A stretch of DNA of 11,997 nucleotides from Candidatus Micrarchaeia archaeon (GTDB lineage: Archaea > Micrarchaeota > Micrarchaeia > CAILAH01): positions 1 through 11,997 of the forward strand of contig JAVYLZ010000019.1 in assembly GCA_038740245.1 (NCBI GenBank), written 5' to 3'. The first letter of the stretch is position 1, and every line of letters begins with the position of its first letter. The notes under the pieces were generated by a model. That model made no database searches and was not told the origin of the DNA. It saw only the letters and a program-made list of their open reading frames with translations. Of this stretch, positions 1 through 9,000 are shown one piece after another. A program made the position numbers and the translations under genes.

Positions 1-2
1 CA

Positions 3-542
3 ATGCAGCACACTGTCCCCACTAACCGTGTTGACCTTGCAAAGGAATTTCGAGCTGGCAAGATTACGGTTAACCAATTTATGGCTGAGCTGACTCGTGA
101 GGGTACGGCCACAGGTGACACATACAAAATATTGCTTGACGGTGTGAAGGCCGGTCATATTAAGGAGATATGGCTCGTGAAAAACGATGACGGTACGTAC
201 GGGTTTAAGGGAGTGCTCACAAAAGAAGGAGAAAAGGCTAAAGAGATCCACACGATGAGTGAAAATAAGAAAAAACTTGCTGGTAGAATAACGTATCTCA
301 CAAGGTCTTCCCAAGCAGAACTGCTCGATAAGTACGAAACTGAATTTGGCGGCATTAAAAGTGAGAAGTATGAATGGTTAGATTCGGCCATTACAATTAG
401 CGATTCGTGGTGGGAACGCCTGGGCGCACTGAAATATGCGGTTACTGAAACCGGGTATAAGGAGTTTACACTTGAGGAGCGCAGGATGCTCTTTAAGGGC
501 GAGAAATACACGGGGGATGAGACGCTTGGAAAGAAATCTTAA
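3..542 (+). CDS. Hypothetical protein, possibly 5'-truncated by the window edge
   Basis: 179-codon open frame with natural, Lys/Glu-rich soluble composition. The frame is open to position 1, so the true start may lie upstream. No family motif recognised. Confidence 0.7.
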   Translation: MQHTVPTNRVDLAKEFRAGKITVNQFMAELTREGTATGDTYKILLDGVKAGHIKEIWLVKNDDGTYGFKGVLTKEGEKAKEIHTMSENKKKLAGRITYLTRSSQAELLDKYETEFGGIKSEKYEWLDSAITISDSWWERLGALKYAVTETGYKEFTLEERRMLFKGEKYTGDETLGKKS

Positions 543-1398
543 GGAGCAGGGTGTTGCCGAAAAGGTGGAAGCCAAACGGCCGGCTAGTGCATTTAAGAAG
601 ATGGTTGCGTCGGTTGGCATAATAACGTGCCTTGTGCTTAATCCTGGCTGCAAAATTAGGGACAGCACTGATTTGGAAAGAGAACTTGACAGGAAAAGTA
701 TGGAAAGGATAGTTGAGCAAAAGGAGAACTTCTCAAAGCTGCTATATGATAATGTTGAGACGCACAACGGGAAAAAGTATGTGCTTATACGAAATCTTCC
801 TAAAGGGATAATTGATTATGGGACCGAATTTAGCAGCAACAACTTCTTCAACCTTGGGATAAAGAATACCGGAGAGCCGCACCTGACGGCAAATGACAAG
901 TACGTGTATGCAATGTTTGAGAACGGTGATATGCTTGCCGGTGCGGATACACGGAAAAATAAAACGATCGGCGTGGAGCTTGGCGGCCCGCAAACAAATG
1001 TCTCAATGGCTGCAAGTGAGGAATGGCTTTTTTACTATTCAAAAGAGCGGGGACTTGAGCTATATTCCACCGACCTTTCAAATTACCAAAAGGTTGACCT
1101 GAAATACCTGCAGACGCGGGAAGGGAAGGTTGAGCGGCTGTTTCTAAACAAGAGCACGCGCGGTATTATGGCGATGGGGGATGGGTTCAGCTCAATCTAC
1201 TTCATCAATACGTATGAGGGGGAGATTGGATATACCCAGCTTAAGCTCAAGGGGTATAGTGGGAAAATTGAGAACCCCCGTGTTGTTGAATATAATAGAA
1301 AATACTACATAAAGCCGGAAAAAGAGAACTACGTCCTTGAATTTGATTATAACGGGAACTTTGTGCGCAAGATGGACATCCCTGAAATAAATGAATAA
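517..1398 (+). CDS. Hypothetical secreted or membrane-anchored protein (possible lipoprotein, beta-rich)
   Basis: The track ORF is 436..1398. ATG at 517 gives a charged N-terminus, then a hydrophobic segment ending in Cys (KKMVASVGIITCLVLNPGC). Alternative starts are GTG 565 and ATG 601. The body has short aromatic beta-strand-like segments (KYVYAMF, EWLFYYS, SIYFIN, YVLEFD). TTTTT follows the stop. Confidence 0.7.
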   Translation: MRRLERNLKEQGVAEKVEAKRPASAFKKMVASVGIITCLVLNPGCKIRDSTDLERELDRKSMERIVEQKENFSKLLYDNVETHNGKKYVLIRNLPKGIIDYGTEFSSNNFFNLGIKNTGEPHLTANDKYVYAMFENGDMLAGADTRKNKTIGVELGGPQTNVSMAASEEWLFYYSKERGLELYSTDLSNYQKVDLKYLQTREGKVERLFLNKSTRGIMAMGDGFSSIYFINTYEGEIGYTQLKLKGYSGKIENPRVVEYNRKYYIKPEKENYVLEFDYNGNFVRKMDIPEINE

Positions 1399-1403
1399 TT
1401 TTT
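1399..1403 (+). terminator. Putative archaeal oligo-T terminator
   Basis: TTTTT immediately after TAA at 1396-1398, in the 11-bp gap between convergent genes. Confidence 0.35.
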
Positions 1404-1409
1404 GCCTGT

Positions 1410-2399
1410 TCAGCGGAGGTAGATGTTCCTCCTGAGGGTGCGCGAGTACATCGTGTCCTCAAGCGTGGTGCCCCGGTATTCGCTGATAAAGTCAATCATC
1501 TCTGTAAGCCAGGCGCTGGCCTCGTCCGCGTAGTGCAGTGCAACCGCCTCAGGGAACATCGGCTCCTTGGGTGAGCCGTAATCATTCCTGCCGTGGTGGC
1601 TTAATGAGAGGTGCAACAGCTTGGAGCGCAGCGGCTCGGGTGTGCCGCACGCATCAAGCGCCCCAGAGAGCATAAGCGTGGTGTATGCAAGGTGGCCTAC
1701 AAGCTGGCCATGCGAATCGGCTTTTATGCGCCTACTTAAAGTGATCTCCCTGGTCTTGCCTATATCGTGGAGCAGTGCGCCCGCTATTAGGAGGTCACGG
1801 TCAAGCGATGGGTATATGTGGCACAGCTCCTCGCATATGCGCACAACCTCAAGCGTATGCTCTGCAAGCCCGCCGATCCTGTTGTGGTGGTGCTGCACTG
1901 CCGCGGAATGCACAACGAACTTTTCAGTGAAAGGTGGGGTGAATATGTGCGAGAGAACGGCTTTGATGTGCGGATTGCGGAGTGAGTCCAGTGCGGCGGC
2001 CAGTTCAGACCGCATCTGCTGGATATCACGGCGTGCGGGCTGGATGAATGCGTCGGGCGGGAACTCGCCCTCCTTGAGCACGCGCACCGCATTAATTGAA
2101 TTTGCGGAGATGCACGGCTCACCGTTATACTCATCAACACTGCCAGTTATATGTAGCACTGCATCCTCGGTTATTGAATCCAACAGCGCCTGAAGTTGTG
2201 CGCGGGCTTCCTCACCGGGCCCGCCCCACAGCGTAAACGGTATGCTGGCACCGCTTGAGTCCGTGAGTATGAGGTCCAGGCGGTGGCCGCGCGTATACGT
2301 GCCAAGCACCTTTCGTATCTTGACTGCGAATATGCCGGAGACCTGCTGGCCCGGCCTTAAAAGTGATATTTTTACAGGGGAGAGTGTTTGTGGTTCCAT
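1410..2399 (-). CDS. yhaM: YhaM/Cbf1-family 3'-5' exonuclease (OB-fold + HD domain)
   Basis: N-terminal OB-fold-like region (LILTDSSG...VLHITGSVDEYNG), then family motifs AAVQHHHNRIGGLAEHT, LLIAGALLHDIGK, GQLVGH and SHHG...YGSPKEPMFPEAVALHYAD. Confidence 0.9.
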   Translation of the reverse strand: MEPQTLSPVKISLLRPGQQVSGIFAVKIRKVLGTYTRGHRLDLILTDSSGASIPFTLWGGPGEEARAQLQALLDSITEDAVLHITGSVDEYNGEPCISANSINAVRVLKEGEFPPDAFIQPARRDIQQMRSELAAALDSLRNPHIKAVLSHIFTPPFTEKFVVHSAAVQHHHNRIGGLAEHTLEVVRICEELCHIYPSLDRDLLIAGALLHDIGKTREITLSRRIKADSHGQLVGHLAYTTLMLSGALDACGTPEPLRSKLLHLSLSHHGRNDYGSPKEPMFPEAVALHYADEASAWLTEMIDFISEYRGTTLEDTMYSRTLRRNIYLR

Positions 2400-2420
2400 A
2401 CTGTGATTATGTGGCTGAGG

Positions 2421-2430
2421 GTATAAAAGC
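2421..2430 (-). promoter_or_regulatory. Putative TATA box for yhaM (leaderless transcript)
   Basis: The minus strand reads GCTTTTATAC about 23-29 nt upstream of the ATG at 2399, the spacing typical of archaeal leaderless mRNAs. Confidence 0.5.
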
Positions 2431-2460
2431 GCTGTGCTGGGGCGTTTCCAATTGATAATG

Positions 2461-2470
2461 CTTTTTAAGT
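2461..2470 (+). promoter_or_regulatory. Putative TATA box for the P-type ATPase
   Basis: CTTTTTAAGT predicts a start site near 2490, consistent with a GGTG SD-like motif at 2494-2497 and a GTG start at 2502. Confidence 0.4.
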
Positions 2471-2501
2471 ATTGGTTGGGATGTTATCTCTGTGGTGTGC
2501 T

Positions 2502-5087
2502 GTGAAGACCGGGAATAATAGTGGGAAGTATTGGGCGATTGATTGTGCAGAAGCTGCAGCGGCGCTTAAGAGTGATATTGAGAAGGGGCTGGGCGCGCAC
2601 GAGGTTGCACACAGGCGAAGGATCTACGGCAGGAATGCAATCCCTGAAAAGGACCGAAAGAGCGTGCTTGAGCTCCTGCTTTCCCAGTTCAACAATGCAT
2701 TTATGCTCATACTGCTTGTTGCAGCCGCCATATCAATCTACTTTGGGGATACTACGGAAGCGCTTGCAATAATCGCAGTGCTGGCTGCGAGTGCTTTACT
2801 CGGGTTTTATCAGGAGTATAAGTCCGAGAACGCACTGCACAAGCTTAAGAGATACCTCACACGGGAGGCAACTGTGGTGCGTGATGGCAATGAGATGCGC
2901 ATAAACGCTGAGGAGCTGGTGCCAGGAGATGTTGTGCTCCTGAACATTGGTGACATTGTGCCCGCGGATGTGCGCCTAGTAAAATGCGAGGATTTTGTAA
3001 CTGATGAGTCGGCGATAACCGGTGAATCAAAGGGTGTTGTGAAAAGTGCGGCACCGCTAAAAAAGGATGCACCTGCACCTTATGAGCTCACTAATTATGC
3101 GCTTATGGGCACAACGGTTGCGTATGGGACTGCGCGGGGCATTGTTGTAGCTACCGGTAGGGACACATATTTCGGAAGGACTGCCACGCTGTACACCGCC
3201 AAAGTGCCTGAATCTGAATTCCAGAAAAGCATACGCGAGTTCAGCGTGCTCATGCTCAGGATAATCGCGGTGATGGTTGCAATCGTGTTTGGGATTAATG
3301 CATTGCTGGGACGGGGGGTGCTCGACTCATTGATGTTTGCACTGGCGCTTGCCGTCGGCATTGCCCCTGAGATGCTGCCCGCCATCACCACAATCTCATT
3401 ATCGCACGGCGCACTCAAGATGGCTGAGAAAAAGGCGGTTGTGAAGAAGCTTGCAGTGATTGAGGATATCGGGCAGATGGATGTCCTGCTTATGGATAAG
3501 ACCGGGACTTTAACTGAGCCAGACCTGCTACTTGAGAAAGTGGTGGGGGCAGGCGGCAACAGCGAAAATGCACAGGTGGTGGCAAAGTATGCGCTCCTGT
3601 GCAGCCATGCGAGCTCGCACGGGAGGCACGTGTCCGGCAATGTTTACGATGCCGCAATTTTAAGGTATGCAAACGCGCACGGGCTTGGCAAGGACCCCGC
3701 GTACAGGCCCGTTGATGATATAGGGTTTGATTATACGCGAAAGCGGATGAGCGAGGTGTTTGCGCATAACGGAAGAATGATTATGGCCACAAAAGGCGAG
3801 GCGGAATCAGTAGTGTCAGTGTGCTCGCACGTGCGCGTGCGCGGCGGCCTCCAGCCGATGCGGGATGTGATTGCACAGGTGCATAAGGATATTGCGGTGT
3901 TTACACGCGACGGGTATTCGGTGCTTGCGGTTGCAACGCGCGAGGTTCCAAAGAAGGAGAATTATTCGGTTGCGGATGAGGAAGGACTTACACTTGAAGG
4001 ATACCTGCTATTCAAGGGCGTACCGAAAAAGACTGCACCTGCCTCAATACATGAGCTTAAGGGGCTAGGTATATCGCTTATGCTGCTCACTGGTGATGAC
4101 CCGTACGTTGCTGAAAGATTGTGCAAGGATGTGGGGCTTGAGGTTAAGGGGGGAAGAGCGATTACAGGCAAGGAAGTTGAAGCGATGGATGATGCCAAGC
4201 TGAGAACTGTGGTAGAGACACACAACGTGTTTGCAAGAGTAACACCACAGCAAAAAGTAAGGATACTTGAGGCGGTACGGGCCAACGGCCACATTGTAGG
4301 GTTTATGGGCGACGGTGTCAATGATGCGCCTGCGCTCAGGCTTGCGGATGTTGGGATTTCAGTGGATACTGCACAGGATATAGCCAAGGAAAGTGCTGAT
4401 GTGGTGCTCACACACAAGAGCCTGCATGTTATTGCAGATGGTGTCAAGGAGGGCAGGAAAACGTTCGGCAACATTACCAAGTATATACTGAACACGATAA
4501 GCGCCAATTTTGGGAATACTGCCACGCTGGTGATATCGCCGCTGCTGCTGCCGTTCCTGCCGTTGCTACCGGTCCAAATCCTGCTCACCAACCTCCTGAG
4601 CGATTTCCCGCTGCTTACGATATCAACCGATAATGTGGATGAGCGTTTTGTACAGAAACCACGGAAATGGAACATGAGGATGATACAGAAGTTTATGATG
4701 TTCTTCGGGGCCATCAGCACAATATTTGACCTCATAACACTGCTTGTGTTTTACTGGGTTTTTGGGCTGAGTGCCGTGCTCGTGCGCACATTATGGTTCC
4801 TTGAGTCATTGCTTTCCGAGGTGTTCATCACGTTCATAGTGAGGACGAGGGGGCCGTTCTTCAGGAGCACGCCCTCAAAAATGCTCATTGCGGCATCACT
4901 GTTTACTGCGACCGCGGCTGTTGCAGTAGTGTCAATCCCAGTGCTCGGCCAATGGTTTGAGTTTGAGGCGCCCACCGCAGAAAATATTGCGCTTGTATTT
5001 GCGATTGTAATGGGCTACTGCATAGCAACCGAATTGGTGAAGCACTGGTTCTTCTCAAGGTACAAGGGGTTTGAGGATAGTTATTAA
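2502..5087 (+). CDS. mgtA: Magnesium-translocating P-type ATPase (P3B, MgtA/MgtB family)
   Basis: TGES, LALAVGIAPEMLP (P3B-type PEMLP), DKTGTLT phosphorylation motif, LTGD, GDGVNDAPAL, SANFGN and multiple TM segments. Start placed at GTG 2502; alternatives are ATG 2481 and TTG 2472. Confidence 0.92.
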   Translation: MKTGNNSGKYWAIDCAEAAAALKSDIEKGLGAHEVAHRRRIYGRNAIPEKDRKSVLELLLSQFNNAFMLILLVAAAISIYFGDTTEALAIIAVLAASALLGFYQEYKSENALHKLKRYLTREATVVRDGNEMRINAEELVPGDVVLLNIGDIVPADVRLVKCEDFVTDESAITGESKGVVKSAAPLKKDAPAPYELTNYALMGTTVAYGTARGIVVATGRDTYFGRTATLYTAKVPESEFQKSIREFSVLMLRIIAVMVAIVFGINALLGRGVLDSLMFALALAVGIAPEMLPAITTISLSHGALKMAEKKAVVKKLAVIEDIGQMDVLLMDKTGTLTEPDLLLEKVVGAGGNSENAQVVAKYALLCSHASSHGRHVSGNVYDAAILRYANAHGLGKDPAYRPVDDIGFDYTRKRMSEVFAHNGRMIMATKGEAESVVSVCSHVRVRGGLQPMRDVIAQVHKDIAVFTRDGYSVLAVATREVPKKENYSVADEEGLTLEGYLLFKGVPKKTAPASIHELKGLGISLMLLTGDDPYVAERLCKDVGLEVKGGRAITGKEVEAMDDAKLRTVVETHNVFARVTPQQKVRILEAVRANGHIVGFMGDGVNDAPALRLADVGISVDTAQDIAKESADVVLTHKSLHVIADGVKEGRKTFGNITKYILNTISANFGNTATLVISPLLLPFLPLLPVQILLTNLLSDFPLLTISTDNVDERFVQKPRKWNMRMIQKFMMFFGAISTIFDLITLLVFYWVFGLSAVLVRTLWFLESLLSEVFITFIVRTRGPFFRSTPSKMLIAASLFTATAAVAVVSIPVLGQWFEFEAPTAENIALVFAIVMGYCIATELVKHWFFSRYKGFEDSY

Positions 5088-5106
5088 ATTAAGGAAAAAT
5101 TGTGGC

Positions 5107-5244
5107 TCAGCGCACGAGCCTTGCACCCAAAAATAAAAGCAGTGGGGTGCCAAGCAAGAGTATTATACCGGCGCACGAGAAGGCCGTGCTCAGCGAAGAT
5201 ATGAGCGCATCGCTTAGGAGCCTGTTTGCCGTCTGGGAAATTTT
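5107..5244 (-). pseudogene. Headless 3' fragment of a gene ending in a C-terminal transmembrane anchor
   Basis: Own translation: KISQTANRLLSDALISSLSTAFSCAGIILLLGTPLLLFLGARLVR-stop (TGA at 5107-5109), followed by TTTTTCCTT (5091-5099 on -). Upstream of 5244 the frame becomes Cys-rich antisense of the LemA fragment and has no ATG. Confidence 0.55.
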
Positions 5245-5384
5245 ACAACAACTCTGTGCTACTGTACAACACAAGAATCCAAAGCATCCCGGCCAATATA
5301 GTTGCGTTTATGCTCGGCTACAGGAAAAAGGAATATTTCAAGGCCACCGAGGATGAAAGGAAGAAAATTGAAGTGAACATTTAG
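5241..5384 (+). pseudogene. lemA: C-terminal fragment (47 aa) of a LemA-family gene
   Basis: Own translation: FYNNSVLLYNTRIQSIPANIVAFMLGYRKKEYFKATEDERKKIEVNI-stop, matching the recalled LemA C-terminal pattern FYNxxVxxYNxxIxxxPxNxVAxxxGxxxxEYF. In-frame TGA upstream at 5202-5204; the N-terminal roughly three quarters is absent. Confidence 0.8.
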
Positions 5385-5390
5385 CCGGAG

Positions 5391-6023
5391 TTATTTAAGC
5401 TGCTTGGAAAGCTTGTCCGCGAGGAAGAGCGGCTCTGGCAGCTTGTGGCCCGCAATGCAGTGCTTCACTATCCGGAGCGAGCTTTTCAGTGAGACCTTAT
5501 GGCCCGGCGAGATGTAGATGGGTGCGCCCGTGCGTTGGGGGTTGCGGGAATGTATGCCCTGCGCCCTATACTCATAACCCACGTGCCTCCCATTCAGGAA
5601 TATCAGGCCATCTTTGCCAACCTCGCCGCACAACAGCCGCTGCGCCACGCCTATTGTTGGGGTATCAAGCATAATGCCTAAATGTGAGGCTATACCAAGG
5701 CCGCGCGGGTGTATGAGCCCGTTTCCATTGACAAGAAGGATGTCGGGCTTATGCCTGAGCTTAAGGTATGCCTTCTTCATTATGGGGCTCTCACGGAAGC
5801 TTAGCAGGCCGGGTATATACGGGAATGTGGTGCGCGAGCGCACGTGGGCGGATTCAACAGGCTCAAGCGTGCGGTAGTCAAGCACCACTGCTACACAAGT
5901 GGCCGTATCACCCGAATATGCGGCATCAATACCGCCTATAAGGCGGATTTTGCCGAACCTGTCCTCAAGGATTACATTTGAGGCAAGCGTTTCCTGAAGC
6001 TTGAACAGATTTTGCAAGTTCAT
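5391..6023 (-). CDS. nfi: Endonuclease V family protein with active-site substitutions
   Basis: GGIDAAY, FPYIPGLLSFRE wedge motif, GNGLIHPRGLGIASHLG, PIYISPGH and KLPEPLFLAD. Start placed at ATG 6023; alternatives are 6050 and TTG 6059 overlapping the DP2 stop. Confidence 0.92.
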   Translation of the reverse strand: MNLQNLFKLQETLASNVILEDRFGKIRLIGGIDAAYSGDTATCVAVVLDYRTLEPVESAHVRSRTTFPYIPGLLSFRESPIMKKAYLKLRHKPDILLVNGNGLIHPRGLGIASHLGIMLDTPTIGVAQRLLCGEVGKDGLIFLNGRHVGYEYRAQGIHSRNPQRTGAPIYISPGHKVSLKSSLRIVKHCIAGHKLPEPLFLADKLSKQLK

Positions 6024-6055
6024 GGTAATACCCGCAACTGCATTGCGCATACAAT

Positions 6056-9000
6056 TCAAAGGAACTGCGCAAGCGAGCTCTGCTTCTTGGTCTCATCCTC
6101 AAATATTGAGTCAATTTCCTTCTCAACCTGCTCAAGCCGCTGCATCATATATGGGGGCAGGTTATACTTGCTTATTACAAATTTGGCCAGCTTGATGTAT
6201 TTCTCAATGCCGCCCTTATTGATTGTGAGCAGGAGACGGCCCCCGCACTTTTCGCATTTCCCTATAAGCGGGACACGCCGGTATGAATTGTTGCAGTTGC
6301 CGCAGCGGAACGACTGGCGCGTGAATGCGCGCAGGTTACCGTAAATGTCAGGGATAAAGTGTGATGAAAGGAGGCGGGCCGCACAGTCCGCACGGTCAAC
6401 TGCGCGTATCTTGTCGTAAAGCGCAAACTGCCTGTCAAGCTTGTCCTTCATTGACTTGAGCTGCACATATTCGGAATAAACCGGGGAATCGTTTATATCC
6501 GAGACCTCGTGCGTATACTTCAGGTCAAACAGCTGGTTCGGCTTGCCAAGCCGCGACTCAACCGTCTCAACCTTTACTGCACTGGGCATTTTGTATTCTT
6601 CTGCCGCCCTGTAAAAGTCAAGGCCGTATGAATCAACAACCTCCATCGCGTGCACCTCATCATCAACTTCTGAGGGATCAACGATGGTTGTAAGCACAAG
6701 TGGGGCATCCATCGTACCACCACGTGTCTCTGGTAGGTAAAGTTTTGAGAAGTTGAGAAACGCGTCCATGAGCAGCATCACTGCATCCTCATCGCCGTCC
6801 GCATTTCTCCTGCGTGCGCACACCACGTACGGGTGTGATATGCCCACCCTGCCCTTGACATAGCCGATAAGGCGGCACAGCACACCTGCGGACGTGTGCG
6901 GGGAAAGCGTTATCACAAGATGGCCTACCATATCCTCCTTTGATTTTGCCTTGTAATACGGTCTTATCCCGTAAAGGCTTATCAGGAGGTCATCAACAAA
7001 GTTTGCGACACCCACCGCAAATTCCCCGAAATTTTCAGATAATATTACATCCTGCGGGAAAAGCTCAAGTATCTGGTCGTCACGCTCAAGCGGATTGCCG
7101 TGAATATCATGGGTATACCCAAGCGAAATGAGCTTTTCAATTGGTGTGCCTATCTCCTTCGGCCTGAAATGCGTTGCGGGAACATCAGTTGCATCAAACC
7201 TGCACGTGCCGTCCTTGAACACGTGAACATCATGCTTTGCACGCAAAAGGCCCTTTTCAAACGGCTCGGGCACCTTGGTGCTGTTAGTGAGGCCTTTTAT
7301 AAGCCTGAATTCCTGCGGTGCCTCACCGCCGCACCGTTTCACGGCTGCATCGTACACTTCCCTAAGGTTAAGCGGCCGTTCGCTGTGCTTGAGCTTTGTA
7401 ACATCAAACAGTATGCGCGCACCGCATGAGGAGCATACGGGGGAATGCGTAATCGCACCACAGGAGGTGCACTTAAGCTCCGCAATGTCAACCACTGCGG
7501 TTTCAGAGTATTGGCTCTTGAGCGCAACAGGCACACTGCGGAGCTTGCCGCCCAAGTTGCCTATCGGGAAAAGACCGTGCACTGAACCCGCCATCTCGCG
7601 TGCAGCTGCTTTCTCAGGCCGGCCCATACGTGAGCCAATGTAATAAGTTGCCTTTCTGCGTATCTCTACACCACTTGCCTGAGTGAGTATTTTACACACG
7701 TCCTGCTCCTCACCGGCCAGCAGCGGGCCTATCCTGGCATCGCTTACAGTGTTTTCCCTCGTAACCATGCCAAGCGTATGTAAAAGTGCGTAAGCATGCT
7801 GCTCGGCAATACATATCTGCCCGTTACGAACAGTATGTGGTAAACCAATGCTCTCCAGCACTTCCTTAACCGGGCCGTTGCTCAGTGTTATGCCCTTTAT
7901 GTCAAACCACTCAAACTCAACTTCTGCTTTTTTAAGTGCGGAAACCAGCACTTCAAGCTCACGCTTTGTGATGTCACTCCAGAAATAGAGATAGGCTGGG
8001 TGAAGCGGGAGTGAATGCTTGCGCGCAAGCTCAAACGCCTCGCGTGCAGATTTCGGTGGGGAGGTGACCCCCTTCTCCCTCGCTAGGAGGTCCCAGTATT
8101 CCTCAACAAACGGCGGCGGAAGAAGCACATGGTTGGCCTTTGAGAAGTCATTGTATGAGACCAGCATATCACCAAGGAAAAGTATGCGATCAACATCTTC
8201 GTAAATTTCCTTTGCCTGCGCAGAGCTCGTTACCTCAAGCACGTCGCCGTTCTTAAGCCGCACTATCGGACCCATAATTGTATCACAGGGGGTTACCACA
8301 GTCCCCTTGCCAGGCCGCTCAATTTTCAACTGCGTACCCAATGCAGGGAAAAAGTCAAGCAGAACCATTGCGGCAGGATGTATCGCTTTCGCGGCAATGC
8401 CTGTGAACCGTGTGCGCCCATACCTCAGCCTAAACCCGCCCTTTGCGGATGGGTACGAGAATACCGGGCGGCCGGTGAGCAGGCCGTCAAGGAACGTATC
8501 GCTCGGCTTTACCTCAACGGAATCCTCCTTCTTCTTTTCCTTGATAAGCTTCTCAAGCCAGCTCCAGTCAACACCGTACTTCTTTGCGTACTTGAGCACC
8601 TTGCGCGCTTTCTGCGCAATGCCCTCACAGCTTACCAGCGCAACACCGCTCCTGACACGGTTGGTCTTCATGCGTTCAAGGTTCCTGTATACGCTAACCT
8701 CAACTTCCTCAGTCGGGTCCCCGTTTATGCATACCTTGCAGTTCTTGAACACCCACTTGATATCCTCATCTGAGGGCCTGTACTGCAGGCGCGCGCACCG
8801 CGTATCATACAGGTCAATCTCCTCAACATAGCGAAGCAGTTCCGTCTCGGTCGGTATGTAATCCCCAATATCGGCAAGCTTGCGCACGTAATCAGCAATG
8901 AGCACCGCAAGCGCGGCCGCAGTGCCCCCCGCAGAGCGTATCGGCCCGGAGAAATACACTGAGAGATACGTGGAATTGTCAGGATTTTTCTCTATCTTCA

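Noticed and set aside
436..516. Longer N-terminus for the second ORF (ATG 436)
   Set aside because: It would overlap ORF1 by 107 nt with shadow-like sequence; ATG 517 or later is more plausible.
1621..2193. 190-aa antisense ORF within yhaM
   Set aside because: Ser-rich mirror frame of a well-supported gene.
1410..2399. HD protein as Cas3 HD nuclease or defence gene
   Set aside because: The OB+HD architecture and motifs fit YhaM, and there are no cas genes or repeat-spacer array in the window.
3095..4975. Antisense ORFs of 181, 257 and 74 aa inside the ATPase
   Set aside because: Codon-mirror shadow frames of mgtA with no motifs.
5102..5356. 84-aa + strand ORF from the track
   Set aside because: It has no recognisable features and spans the junction. 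Its first half is antisense to the TM-tail fragment and its second half is out of frame with the LemA fragment.
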